Shown here: positions 29,513 through 38,946 of the stretch, piece after piece
How positions within the stretch are numbered: position 1 is the first letter of the stretch
How the letters are laid out: every line of letters begins with the position of its first letter
Assembly (NCBI GenBank): GCA_017303975.1
Contig: JAFLBG010000001.1
Span: forward strand, 91,988-155,987
DNA length: 64,000 nucleotides
From: Bacteroidota bacterium
GTDB lineage: Bacteria; Bacteroidota; Bacteroidia; JAFLBG01
Direction of reading: 5' to 3'
Position numbers and translations under genes: made by a program
The notes under the pieces: model-generated
The model's input: the letters and a program-made list of their open reading frames with translations, nothing else
Databases searched by the model: none
What the model was told of the DNA's origin: nothing

Positions 29513-29947
29513 ATGAAACATAAATTTATTACATATAACCCAAAACTAAAAGAACTCGCTCGTAGGTTGCGCAACAATAGCACAAAGTCTGAGATTAAGC
29601 TATGGAACTATTTAAAAGGCGATAAATTACTAGGGTATGACTTTCACCGACAAAAGCCTATTGGTAATTATATTTGTGATTTCTTTTGTAAAGAATTAAT
29701 GTTGGCTATTGAGGTGGATGGCTATTCACATACACTAGAAGATGTACAAAAAAAAGATATTGAAAAGCAGAAGTATCTTGAAAGTCTAAACATTACTATT
29801 CTTAGATTTACGGATACAGAAATTTTTGAACAGATTGATAACGTTATTAGAAAAATAGAGCATTGGGTGAGAGAACACACCCCTAGCCCCTCTCAAGAGG
29901 TGAACCTACGCACTTCCCTCCTTGAGGAGGGACTAAGGGAGGTGTAA
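29513..29947 (+). CDS. DUF559 endonuclease-domain protein (Vsr-like PD-(D/E)xK family)
   Basis: 'ARRLRNNSTKSEIKLWNYLKGDKLLGYDFHRQKPIGNYICDFFCKELMLAIEVDGYSH' is the DUF559 signature. The C-terminal 24 aa are translated from repeat copy B. Confidence 0.85.
   Translation: MKHKFITYNPKLKELARRLRNNSTKSEIKLWNYLKGDKLLGYDFHRQKPIGNYICDFFCKELMLAIEVDGYSHTLEDVQKKDIEKQKYLESLNITILRFTDTEIFEQIDNVIRKIEHWVREHTPSPSQEVNLRTSLLEEGLREV
29875..29946 (+). repeat. GC-rich ~72-bp REP-like repeat, copy B
   Basis: Direct repeat of 28984..29056 at about 90% identity. With copy A it brackets the VOC + DUF559 pair. Confidence 0.7.
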
Positions 29948-29968
29948 AATTAAATTAATACTAAAGAG

Positions 29969-31186
29969 TTGTACAACATAACTAACATAAGCGACCAATT
30001 CCCAATACTTTCAGAGAAGGTAAATGGCAAACCATTGGTTTATTTGGACAATGCCGCCACTGTTCAAAAACCAAAACAAGTTATTGATGCTATTGTAAAT
30101 TACTATACACACACCAACGCAAATATTCACAGAGGTGTTCATACGTTGAGTCAAAAAGCTACAGATGCTTATGAGCAAGCACGAAAAAAAGTAGCTGACT
30201 TTATTGGTGCCTCAACTAACGAAATAGTATTTACGCGTGGTACCACAGAATCAATAAATTTAGTTGCGGAAACCTTCGGAAAAAAATTTATTTCAGCAGG
30301 AGATGAAATTGTAATTACAGAAATGGAGCATCACAGTAATATTTTGCCTTGGCAAAAATTATGTGAAGAAAAAGGGGCAAAATTAATTGTTGCACCAATC
30401 AACAACTCTGGAGAATTGATGCTCAATGAATTTGAAAAATTACTCTCCCTAAAAGCCAAGTTGATTGCAATTACCCATGTATCAAACACATTGGGGACAA
30501 TTAATCCAATAAAAAAAATAATAGAATTAGCTCATTCCAAAAATATATTTGTTCTTATAGATGGTGCACAGGCTGTGCCACACCTAAAAGTAAATGTAAA
30601 AGAGCTTGATGCCGATTTCTATTGCTTTAGTGGACACAAGATGTACGCACCTACGGGAATTGGTGCATTGTATATAAAAGAAAAGTGGTTGGCTCAATTG
30701 CCCACTTATCAGATTGGTGGTGGTGTTATAAAAACGGTTTCGTTTACCAAAACAGAATATATAGATGGACCTTTAAAATACGAAGCTGGTACTCCCAATA
30801 TTGCCGGTGCCATAGGACTTAGTGCAGCTATAGATTTTATGAATGAAATTGGTATTGAAACCATTCAGCATCATGAAGAAAAGTTGCTGCGTTATGCAAC
30901 AGAACAAATAACGCAACTGGAAAAAATAAAAATTATTGGGACAGCGACTGAAAAAGCTGGTGTGCTATCCTTCATTGTGGAAGGAGCACATCCATTCGAT
31001 GTTGGAACACTGTTAGATAAAATGGGTATTGCTGTTCGTACGGGACACCACTGCACACAACCCTTGATGGAAAAATATAAAATTCAAGGTACCGTGCGCG
31101 CTTCCTTTGCTTGTTATAATACCATTGAGGAAATAGATGTATTTTTGGAGGGATTAAAAAAGACGATTAGGATGTTAGTTGGGTAA
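29969..31186 (+). CDS. sufS: Cysteine desulfurase SufS (class V aminotransferase)
   Basis: 'FSGHKMYAPTGIGALY' PLP-lysine region and 'RTGHHCTQPLM' active-site Cys loop. Confidence 0.95.
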   Translation: MYNITNISDQFPILSEKVNGKPLVYLDNAATVQKPKQVIDAIVNYYTHTNANIHRGVHTLSQKATDAYEQARKKVADFIGASTNEIVFTRGTTESINLVAETFGKKFISAGDEIVITEMEHHSNILPWQKLCEEKGAKLIVAPINNSGELMLNEFEKLLSLKAKLIAITHVSNTLGTINPIKKIIELAHSKNIFVLIDGAQAVPHLKVNVKELDADFYCFSGHKMYAPTGIGALYIKEKWLAQLPTYQIGGGVIKTVSFTKTEYIDGPLKYEAGTPNIAGAIGLSAAIDFMNEIGIETIQHHEEKLLRYATEQITQLEKIKIIGTATEKAGVLSFIVEGAHPFDVGTLLDKMGIAVRTGHHCTQPLMEKYKIQGTVRASFACYNTIEEIDVFLEGLKKTIRMLVG

Positions 31187-31198
31187 TAAAAGGTGGGT

Positions 31199-31652
31199 GA
31201 TTGACTAGTCCGATAGTCTGTTAGTCAATTAGTCAGAAAGCTTACAGTAAATGAATTATGGCAACGATACAAAAATTTGAAGATATTGTAGCTTGGCAAA
31301 AGGCGAGGGAATTAAATAAGCGGATTTATTTGCTTACAACCAACTCTGCGATTGCAAAGGATTATGGATTACGCGACCAAATGAGAAGATGTTCAATTTC
31401 TGTGATGTCGAATATTGCAGAAGGATTTGAAAGAACCGGAGATAAAGAGTTTGCAAGATTTTTGAGCATTGCGATGGGATCGTGTGCCGAATTAAAGTCA
31501 CAACTTTATGCAGCACTGGATGTTGGATTTATAACTGAAATGGAATTTAATTCAGTTGTTATTCTCGTTGATGAAACTGGAAAGTTAATACAATCATTCA
31601 GAAAATATTTACGACTAACAGACTAGCGGACTTTTTAACTAACAGACTATAA
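31199..31652 (+). mobile_element. IR-bounded four-helix-bundle cassette 3 (19/20-bp inverted repeats, duplicated arm motif)
   Basis: AGTCCGATAGTCTGTTAGTC (31207-31226) pairs with GACTAACAGACTAGCGGACT (31613-31632), matching at 19 of 20 positions. A second unit, TAACTAACAGACTAT (about 31637-31651), pairs with ATAGTCTGTTAGTCA. The arms bracket the 4HB gene between the sufS stop and the sufE start. Confidence 0.5.
31258..31626 (+). CDS. Four helix bundle protein (TIGR02436 / PF05635 family), copy 3
   Basis: 'FEDIVAWQKARELNKRIYLLT...YGLRDQMRRCSISVMSNIAEGFERTGDKEFARFLSIAMGSCAELKSQLYAALDV'. Confidence 0.85.
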   Translation: MATIQKFEDIVAWQKARELNKRIYLLTTNSAIAKDYGLRDQMRRCSISVMSNIAEGFERTGDKEFARFLSIAMGSCAELKSQLYAALDVGFITEMEFNSVVILVDETGKLIQSFRKYLRLTD

Positions 31653-32084
31653 ATGACAATAAGCGCCATAGAAAAAGAAATTATAGACGAGTTTTCCTTA
31701 TTTGATAATGACTGGGAAAGTAAGTACGAGCACCTTATCGATTTAGGGAAGTCTCTTCCGTTAATTAACGAAAAGTACAAAACAGAAGATAGGCTTATAA
31801 AAGGCTGTCAAAGTCGTGTTTGGCTTCATTCAGAATTGAAAAATGATACTATTGTGTTCACCGCAGACAGTGACGCTATCATAACTAAGGGTATTGTAGC
31901 ACTTTTGATTCGTGTGTTGTCAAACCAAACTTCTGAAAATATTATAAATGCAAAGTTAGACTTTATAGATAAAATTGGATTGAAAGAGCACCTCTCACCT
32001 ACACGAGCCAATGGTTTGGTTAGTATGATAAAACAAATGAAACTGGATGCAATAATCCTAAAACAAAATGAAAATGAAGAATAA
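31653..32084 (+). CDS. sufE: SufE family cysteine desulfuration (sulfur acceptor) protein
   Basis: 'LIKGCQSRVWLHSEL...IFTADSDAIITKGIVALL' carries the conserved Cys of SufE. Confidence 0.85.
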   Translation: MTISAIEKEIIDEFSLFDNDWESKYEHLIDLGKSLPLINEKYKTEDRLIKGCQSRVWLHSELKNDTIVFTADSDAIITKGIVALLIRVLSNQTSENIINAKLDFIDKIGLKEHLSPTRANGLVSMIKQMKLDAIILKQNENEE

Positions 32085-33741
32085 TTATGATTTTGTAAGT
32101 GATTTCTATGAAGATATAGCGCTTGTTTTAAAAAACAATAAACTAGGAATTATAGATAAAGAAGGCGAACTAATTTTACCACCTACTAAATATACCTATG
32201 TAGGTAGTGTAAGCAAGCTGAATGAAGAGTTTATTAACGGCATGAAGAGAGATGGACTTATTGTTATTTCCATTGATGGTAAATTTGGATTTATTGATAA
32301 AACCGGAAAGGAAATAATTCCCATAATATATGATCAGATTAATTATTTCTATGGGGATTTATACATAGTTAAAAAGGATGAAAAGTTTGGATTAATTGAC
32401 AAAGGAGTGAAGCAAATTGTTCCTATGATTTATGACTCCATTAACTCAATACCCAATAATGGTAAATACGATTACGCAACAAACACTATTTCATACCCTG
32501 TTGATGGGTATTACCAGGTTACAAAAGGTGACAAGTTTGGTTTTATCAATTATAAAGGAGTTGAAACGGTGCCTGTTGAATATGATTATGATGATTATAC
32601 AATTCAAATTGATGAGGATGTGATAAGTGTTAGTAAAAACGGGAAGTGGGGAATAATAAATATGCACAACGAGGTGGTAGTTCCATTTGTTTATGACTCG
32701 ATAAAGGAATCAAGAGGGCTTGGTGTATTTCCTGCAATGAAAAATGACGCATGGGGTATTATTGATAAAACCGGAAAGGAAATAGCTCCATTAATATATG
32801 ATGACGCATATAATAATTTTAGTGATTTTTCTGTGGTTCAGAAGGATGAAAAATTTGGTGGTATAGATCCTTCGGGGAAACTTATTATAGAATTAATTTA
32901 TGATGAATTTCAAGTAGATCCTTATGATGGGGAACCTGTGCTAATCTCAGAAGGAATATTTTCCGTTAAAAAAGATGGCAAATGGGGGCATTTAGCGGTT
33001 TCAGGAAAAGAAATAACACCAACTATTTATGATAGTGCTGGTTCCTTCAGAAATGGAACCGCATTAGTTAGGGTCAAAGATAAGATCGGCAGGGTTAATG
33101 CGAATGGAGACGAAGTAATTCCATGTAAATATGGGAAACTACAAGCTTTTGAAGATGATAAATTTTTTATTGCCTCTACGAAAAAAGGCTTCGTAAACAA
33201 CAAGACCAATGGTGTTATAAATAACAAAGGAGAAATCGTTGTTCCATTGGAATACGAATTCATTAGCCCGTTATCTATTACTAATTTGGTGGGAGTAATG
33301 AAAGATGATAAAGTAGGATGCATAGATCTCTTTACTAAAAAAGATATTATCCCTATTATTTATGATCGCATAGGCACATTGGATAATGAGCACGAACGAA
33401 AAACTTTCGCAACTGAAACGGGTGAAACGCTGGAAGAGAAAACACATCCGTTTTTACTACGGGTTTTAAAAGACGAAAAGGTCGGGGTTTTTGATAAAAC
33501 CGGAAAAACAATAATTCCGATAGAATACGATGCGGTAAACCCAATAACAGAAGGGGATTTGTGGTTATTTGAACTAGTTAAAGAAGGGAAACTAGGTATT
33601 ATGAACGAGTCGGGAAAATTAATTTTGCCACTTGAGTTTGATGATAAAGCGGTACTTCTGAAGAGAGGAATCTTAACTCTTGAAAAAAATGGAACAACCT
33701 TTTCGTTTAATCAAGAGGGAACGAAAATAGAAAATGTATAG
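32068..33741 (+). CDS. WG-containing (KWG) repeat protein
   Basis: At least 12 tandem ~35-aa repeats of the form 'KFGFIDKTGKEIIPIIYD' (PF14903). Confidence 0.8.
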   Translation: MKMKNNYDFVSDFYEDIALVLKNNKLGIIDKEGELILPPTKYTYVGSVSKLNEEFINGMKRDGLIVISIDGKFGFIDKTGKEIIPIIYDQINYFYGDLYIVKKDEKFGLIDKGVKQIVPMIYDSINSIPNNGKYDYATNTISYPVDGYYQVTKGDKFGFINYKGVETVPVEYDYDDYTIQIDEDVISVSKNGKWGIINMHNEVVVPFVYDSIKESRGLGVFPAMKNDAWGIIDKTGKEIAPLIYDDAYNNFSDFSVVQKDEKFGGIDPSGKLIIELIYDEFQVDPYDGEPVLISEGIFSVKKDGKWGHLAVSGKEITPTIYDSAGSFRNGTALVRVKDKIGRVNANGDEVIPCKYGKLQAFEDDKFFIASTKKGFVNNKTNGVINNKGEIVVPLEYEFISPLSITNLVGVMKDDKVGCIDLFTKKDIIPIIYDRIGTLDNEHERKTFATETGETLEEKTHPFLLRVLKDEKVGVFDKTGKTIIPIEYDAVNPITEGDLWLFELVKEGKLGIMNESGKLILPLEFDDKAVLLKRGILTLEKNGTTFSFNQEGTKIENV

Positions 33742-33773
33742 CCATAGGCTCTAAAAATAAATAGATAAGAATT

Positions 33774-34103
33774 ATGCCTGCAATAATAGTAACAAACAAT
33801 ACAGAGCTTACTCAAAAGGTAATTGATGTAATTAAAAGCTGTTATGATCCTGAAATACCAGTAGATATATGGGAATTAGGACTCATCTATGAAATAAATT
33901 TGAACGATGATGCAGAACTTAGTGTACAAATGACACTAACATCTCCGTCTTGCCCAGTTGCAGAAACTTTGCCCCCTGAGGTAGAGCAAAAATTAAGAGA
34001 TATTCCAGGAATAAAATCGGCTAAAATTAATTTGACTTTTGAGCCACCATGGGAAAAAAGTATGATGAGTGATGTAGCTCAGTTGGAGCTGGGGTTTATG
34101 TAG
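33774..34103 (+). CDS. DUF59 / MIP18-family Fe-S assembly protein (SufT-like)
   Basis: 'CYDPEIPVDIWELGLIY...LTSPSCPV' is the DUF59 signature. Confidence 0.8.
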   Translation: MPAIIVTNNTELTQKVIDVIKSCYDPEIPVDIWELGLIYEINLNDDAELSVQMTLTSPSCPVAETLPPEVEQKLRDIPGIKSAKINLTFEPPWEKSMMSDVAQLELGFM

Positions 34104-34153
34104 TTTGTGGGTACAGTAGCTAGAACAAAGTAATTAGTAGTAAGAAAAACAAG

Positions 34154-34660
34154 ATGGATGAAATAATCAATAAAGTAGCACAAAGCGGATTGGTGGAGTT
34201 GAATTTGGAAGAATATTTTCCAAAAGGAGAGCGCATTTTACTCGATATTAAAGACAATTTATTTCAAGGTTTGATTTTGAAGGAAAAAGATTTTCGTGTG
34301 TTTATTGAACAAGAAAATTGGAGCAAATACCAAGATAAATATGTTGCTGTGTATTGTTCTGTTGATGCGGTTATCCCAACATGGGCGTATATGCTATTAA
34401 CAGTAGCGCTTGAGCCGTATGCAAAAAAAATTGTCTTTGGTACAGAAGAAGTGTTAAATTCCATTTTACTAAATGAATCGCTTCAAAAAATCAATGTTGA
34501 TGACTATGTTGATAAACGCATAATCATAAAAGGTTGCAGCAATTTACCCGTTCCAACAAATGCCTTTGTGGAAATTACGCGCATACTTAAACCTGTTGCC
34601 AAAAGTATCATGTATGGCGAAGCATGTTCTACGGTTCCTTTGTATAAAAAGAAAGCTTAG
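34154..34660 (+). CDS. Conserved Bacteroidetes hypothetical protein (DUF2480-like) at the end of the suf cluster
   Basis: 168 aa with no motifs I can tie to a function. Its position downstream of the suf genes is typical for DUF2480 in Flavobacteriia, but that is recalled rather than checked. Confidence 0.45.
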   Translation: MDEIINKVAQSGLVELNLEEYFPKGERILLDIKDNLFQGLILKEKDFRVFIEQENWSKYQDKYVAVYCSVDAVIPTWAYMLLTVALEPYAKKIVFGTEEVLNSILLNESLQKINVDDYVDKRIIIKGCSNLPVPTNAFVEITRILKPVAKSIMYGEACSTVPLYKKKA

Positions 34661-34869
34661 TTTACAAATAAGTATAAGAATCGTGTCTTACGCGTTCTTC
34701 TGAAGATCACATATCTCCTTTTAATATTCTCTTTCATGAGTGCTTGTATTAGTTATTATAATGTCTTTTTATACATTATAACGCAAAAAGCATGCCTAAG
34801 GTTTACCTAATTTGATAAAAGGTGTAAAATGGCCTATAAATGGCTGTTATATACCAGTGAGTAAAAATC

Positions 34870-36144
34870 TTACATTAAGTCCTTACCAATATCTTTTCTA
34901 TAATAGATTCCATCGTAGCAAATAGATGATATGGTTTTATAGCTTCTATCAACAGCTTCTTTTATTGAATCTCCATATGATGTAACCGCTAGCACCCTTC
35001 CTCCTGCAGTTTTAGTCTTTCCTTTCTCTTGTTGAGTACCTGCATGAAATAATATACTTTCGGTCGGTTTTTCCAATCCCAATAATTCAATTCCTTTTTT
35101 ATATTCACCCGGGTAACCTCCGGAAACAAGCATTACCGTGGTTGCAAATCGTGAATCAATATCAATTTTTGTTTTATCAAGAGTTTGATTTGCTACAGCC
35201 TCGAACAACTCAACTAAATCGTTTTTAATTCTTGGTAACACAACCTCTGTCTCTGGATCGCCCATGCGGCAATTGTATTCAATTACATAAGGATCTCCTC
35301 CGCAGTTCATTAATCCAATAAAAATAAAACCCTTATAATCTATAGTATCATTTCTTAGCCCTGCTATGGTTGGCTTAACAATTCTTTCTTCTACTTTTTT
35401 TATAAATGTCTCATCCGCAAAAGGTACGGGCGATACAGCGCCCATTCCACCTGTATTCAGTCCGGTATCTCCATCTCCAATACGTTTGTAATCTTTTGCT
35501 GCCGGCAATAGTAAATATGATTTCCCATCTGTAAGCACAAACACAGACAATTCAATGCCGTGTAAAAACTCTTCAATAACAACTGTTTGAGAAGCTGCTC
35601 CAAATTTTGAATTAGCTAACATTTCTGTTAACTCCATCTCCGCTTCTCTTAATGTAGTCGGAATAACAACACCTTTTCCTGCTGCCAATCCATCTGCCTT
35701 TAATACATACGGAGGTTTTAGTGTTTTCAAAAAATCTATTCCATCAGAAAGTGTATCCTTTGTAAAGCTTTTGTATTGAGCTGTTGGAATATTATTTTTT
35801 ATTAGAAATTTTTTTGAAAACTCTTTGCTTCCCTCCAGTTGCGCACCCTGCTGGCTAGGACCTATAACAGGAATATTCTTTAATTCTAAATCATCTTTAA
35901 AAAAATCATAAATGCCTTTAACCAAAGGGTCTTCAGGACCCACAACAACCATATTTATTTTATTGGCAAGAACGAAAGATTTTACTTGTACGAAGTCTGT
36001 TGGGGAAATAGCAACATTCTCTCCACAACTGGAAGTTCCTGCATTTCCGGGTGCGATAAATAATTTAGCCAACTTTTTACTTTGCTTGAGCTTCCATGCG
36101 AACGCGTGTTCTCTACCACCCGATCCTAATAATAGAATATTCAT
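34870..36144 (-). CDS. purD: Phosphoribosylamine--glycine ligase
   Basis: 'MNILLLGSGGREHAFAWKL', an ATP-grasp core, 424 aa. Confidence 0.95.
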   Translation of the reverse strand: MNILLLGSGGREHAFAWKLKQSKKLAKLFIAPGNAGTSSCGENVAISPTDFVQVKSFVLANKINMVVVGPEDPLVKGIYDFFKDDLELKNIPVIGPSQQGAQLEGSKEFSKKFLIKNNIPTAQYKSFTKDTLSDGIDFLKTLKPPYVLKADGLAAGKGVVIPTTLREAEMELTEMLANSKFGAASQTVVIEEFLHGIELSVFVLTDGKSYLLLPAAKDYKRIGDGDTGLNTGGMGAVSPVPFADETFIKKVEERIVKPTIAGLRNDTIDYKGFIFIGLMNCGGDPYVIEYNCRMGDPETEVVLPRIKNDLVELFEAVANQTLDKTKIDIDSRFATTVMLVSGGYPGEYKKGIELLGLEKPTESILFHAGTQQEKGKTKTAGGRVLAVTSYGDSIKEAVDRSYKTISSICYDGIYYRKDIGKDLM

Positions 36145-36231
36145 TTATAGTGTATTATTTCTCTGAAATTACTACTTTTTATATAAGTTAAACAAATGAT
36201 TATTGTGTTGTAATCATAAAGTCATAAACTC

Positions 36232-36453
36232 ATGAATCTAAATAATAATAAAGACCCTCTACACGGAATTACTCTTGAAATGATACTAAACTATTTGCTA
36301 GAATACTATGGCTGGGTGCAACTTGGAGAATTAATTAAAATAAATTGTTTTATTGAGAATCCGAGTATTAAATCGAGCCTGACATTTTTAAGAAAAACAC
36401 CCTGGGCTCGTAAGAAAGTGGAGCGGCTTTATATAGATACAATTGTAAAATAA
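36232..36453 (+). CDS. VF530/DUF2132 family small DNA-binding protein
   Basis: 'DPLHGITLEMILNYLLEYYGWVQLGELIKINCF...SSLTFLRKTPWARKKVERLY'. Confidence 0.7.
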   Translation: MNLNNNKDPLHGITLEMILNYLLEYYGWVQLGELIKINCFIENPSIKSSLTFLRKTPWARKKVERLYIDTIVK

Positions 36454-36468
36454 AACCTTCTTAAAAAA

Positions 36469-36948
36469 GTGAAATCAGCAAGCCTAAACGACTTAAAAAA
36501 GGAATTGCAAGTATTGCAGCCTAAAGAATTAATTGATTTGTGTATAAGCCTTGCCAAATACAAACGGGAGAGCAAAGAGTATTTGGACTACTTGCTTTTC
36601 GAATCAACCAACAAAGAACTTTTTGTTAGCACTGTTAAAACAGAAATAGACGAGCATTTCGAAAATTTAAAACAACAAGAAAATTTGTATTATGTAAAAA
36701 AGGGTTTGCGTAAAGTGTTGCGAATACTTAGCAAATACAGCAAGTTTTTAAATGATAAGTCTCATTCGGCCGACATCCATATTTACTTTTGCAAAAGCTT
36801 GAAGGATTCAGGTATTCCATACCACAAAAGCGCTTTGATTGTAAATTTATACGCACAGCAACTAAAAAAAATAAACTCGTTGGTTGATGCACTTCACGAA
36901 GACCTACAACAGGATTATATAGCCGATTTAGAAAAATTGAAAGAATAG
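36469..36948 (+). CDS. Hypothetical helical protein
   Basis: 159-aa ORF, co-oriented and 15 bp after the previous gene, with protein-like composition. Confidence 0.45.
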   Translation: MKSASLNDLKKELQVLQPKELIDLCISLAKYKRESKEYLDYLLFESTNKELFVSTVKTEIDEHFENLKQQENLYYVKKGLRKVLRILSKYSKFLNDKSHSADIHIYFCKSLKDSGIPYHKSALIVNLYAQQLKKINSLVDALHEDLQQDYIADLEKLKE

Positions 36949-36950
36949 AT

Positions 36951-38849
36951 TTAGTTTTCCATTCCCTTCACAATATCTTCAACCACTGATGGATCAAGTA
37001 GTGTAGAGGTATCTCCCAAACTAGAAATTTCTCCTTCTGCAATTTTTCGTAAAATTCTGCGCATTATTTTTCCGGAGCGGGTTTTCGGCAACCCCTTTAC
37101 AACTTGTATTTTATCAGGCTTTGCGATTGCTCCCATGTAGTTTGATACGGTTGCAATAATTTCCTTTTTCAACACATCAATATCCTTCCTGCCATTTTCG
37201 TCAATTACAAAGGCATAAATTCCCCATCCTTTGATATCGTGTGGAAATCCTACTACTGCGCTTTCTACAATATCAGCATGTTGATTGATTGCATTTTCAA
37301 CCTCTGCCGTTCCAAGCAAATGTCCTGAAACCTTTATGACATCATCTACACGACCGGTTATTCGGTAGTATCCATCTGCATCACGCTTGCATCCATCGCC
37401 TGTAAAATAATAATTTTTGTAGTGTGAAAAATAGGCATCTCTGCAACGCTCGTGGTTTCCGTATGTAGTGCGGATGATAGATGGCCAAGGAAACTTTATA
37501 CACAATCGTCCTTCTACATTGTTTCCAACTAGTTCTTTCCCATTTTCATCTACCAAAACTTGTTGAATTCCGGGCAAAGGAAGTGTAGCGTATGCCGGTT
37601 TTGTTTTCGTAATTCCTGCTAAAGGCGAAATCATAATTCCTCCGGTTTCGGTTTGCCACCACGTATCAACAATAGGACAATTTCCCTTTCCAATATTGTC
37701 ATGGTACCATTGCCAAGCTTCTTCATTAATGGGTTCTCCAACACTTCCCAAAACACGTAAGCTATCTAGTTTGTATGGTCTAACAAAATCTAATCCCAAT
37801 GCTTCTAAGGAACGGATGGCTGTTGGAGCCGTGTAAAATATATTCACTTGGTGCTTATCTATAATTTCCCAAAACCTGCCTGCATCCGGAAATGTAGGAA
37901 TGCCTTCAAACATTAATGTTGTTGCACCCGCTAGCAGTGGCCCATAAATTAAATACGAGTGTCCTGTAATCCAACCCACATCGGCAGTACACCAATACAC
38001 CTCTCTGGAATTGTATTGAAATACATTCCTAAATGTATAGTCGGTATAAACCATGTATCCGGCTGTTGTGTGAACAACACCTTTTGGTTTGCCAGTAGAA
38101 CCGGAAGTGTAAAGTATAAAAAGTTTATCTTCCGAATCCATTGTTTCTGCTTCGCAAATACTCGTTACTTTCTTTATTTCATCATGCCACCAAGCATCTC
38201 TATCGACATTCATTTCAATAGATTCATTTATTCTTTTGCACACAATTACTTTTTGTACAGAAGGACAATGTTGCAATGCCTCATCAATAATAGGTTTTAG
38301 GCTAATCGTTTTATTTCCTCTAAACCCACCATCGGCTGTAATTACTAAAGAACACGAAGCGTCATTTATTCTATCGGCTACGGAGTTATACGAGAACCCT
38401 GCGAATACAACTGAATGTATTGCTCCGATTCTAGCGCAAGCCAGCACTGCAATTGCAAGCTCCGGTATCATGGGCATGTAAATACAAATTCTGTCTCCCT
38501 TTTTTGCTCCATTGTTTTTTAAAACATTTGCGAATTGAGAAACCTGTTGATGCAGCTCGTTATAGGTTATGTGAAGTGCTTGCTCTTTAGGGTTGTTCGG
38601 CTCCCAAATAATAGCTGTTTGGTTGCCTTTTTCTTTTAAGTGCCGGTCTAAACAGTTTTCTGTAATGTTTAATTTACCACCTTCAAACCATTTTACGTTG
38701 GGCTCTTCAAAATTCCAATTTAGAATATGATCCCATTTTTTTCTCCATGTAAAATGCGATGCTTTTTCTGCCCAAAATTCTTTAGGATTAGCAATGCTTT
38801 TAGCATACTCTGCATGGTATTGCTCTAAACTGGTAATTCGATTCGACAT
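36951..38849 (-). CDS. acs: Acetyl-CoA synthetase (acetate--CoA ligase)
   Basis: 632 aa. AMP-binding motif 'YTSGSTGKPKG', an Acs-specific N-terminal domain and the C-terminal 'SGKIMRRILRKIA'. Confidence 0.95.
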   Translation of the reverse strand: MSNRITSLEQYHAEYAKSIANPKEFWAEKASHFTWRKKWDHILNWNFEEPNVKWFEGGKLNITENCLDRHLKEKGNQTAIIWEPNNPKEQALHITYNELHQQVSQFANVLKNNGAKKGDRICIYMPMIPELAIAVLACARIGAIHSVVFAGFSYNSVADRINDASCSLVITADGGFRGNKTISLKPIIDEALQHCPSVQKVIVCKRINESIEMNVDRDAWWHDEIKKVTSICEAETMDSEDKLFILYTSGSTGKPKGVVHTTAGYMVYTDYTFRNVFQYNSREVYWCTADVGWITGHSYLIYGPLLAGATTLMFEGIPTFPDAGRFWEIIDKHQVNIFYTAPTAIRSLEALGLDFVRPYKLDSLRVLGSVGEPINEEAWQWYHDNIGKGNCPIVDTWWQTETGGIMISPLAGITKTKPAYATLPLPGIQQVLVDENGKELVGNNVEGRLCIKFPWPSIIRTTYGNHERCRDAYFSHYKNYYFTGDGCKRDADGYYRITGRVDDVIKVSGHLLGTAEVENAINQHADIVESAVVGFPHDIKGWGIYAFVIDENGRKDIDVLKKEIIATVSNYMGAIAKPDKIQVVKGLPKTRSGKIMRRILRKIAEGEISSLGDTSTLLDPSVVEDIVKGMEN

Positions 38850-38946
38850 GGTTTCTTGGTTTGATTAACTATATTTAACTAGTGCGTTATACTAAATTTA
38901 AGTATGTTTATCACGCTTAAAACATAGACATAAATATAGATAATCA

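Noticed and set aside
24297-31652. Four helix bundle genes as Avd-like accessory proteins of a diversity-generating retroelement
   Set aside because: No reverse transcriptase gene and no template/variable repeat pair occurs anywhere in the window. The copies look like IVS-type selfish cassettes instead.
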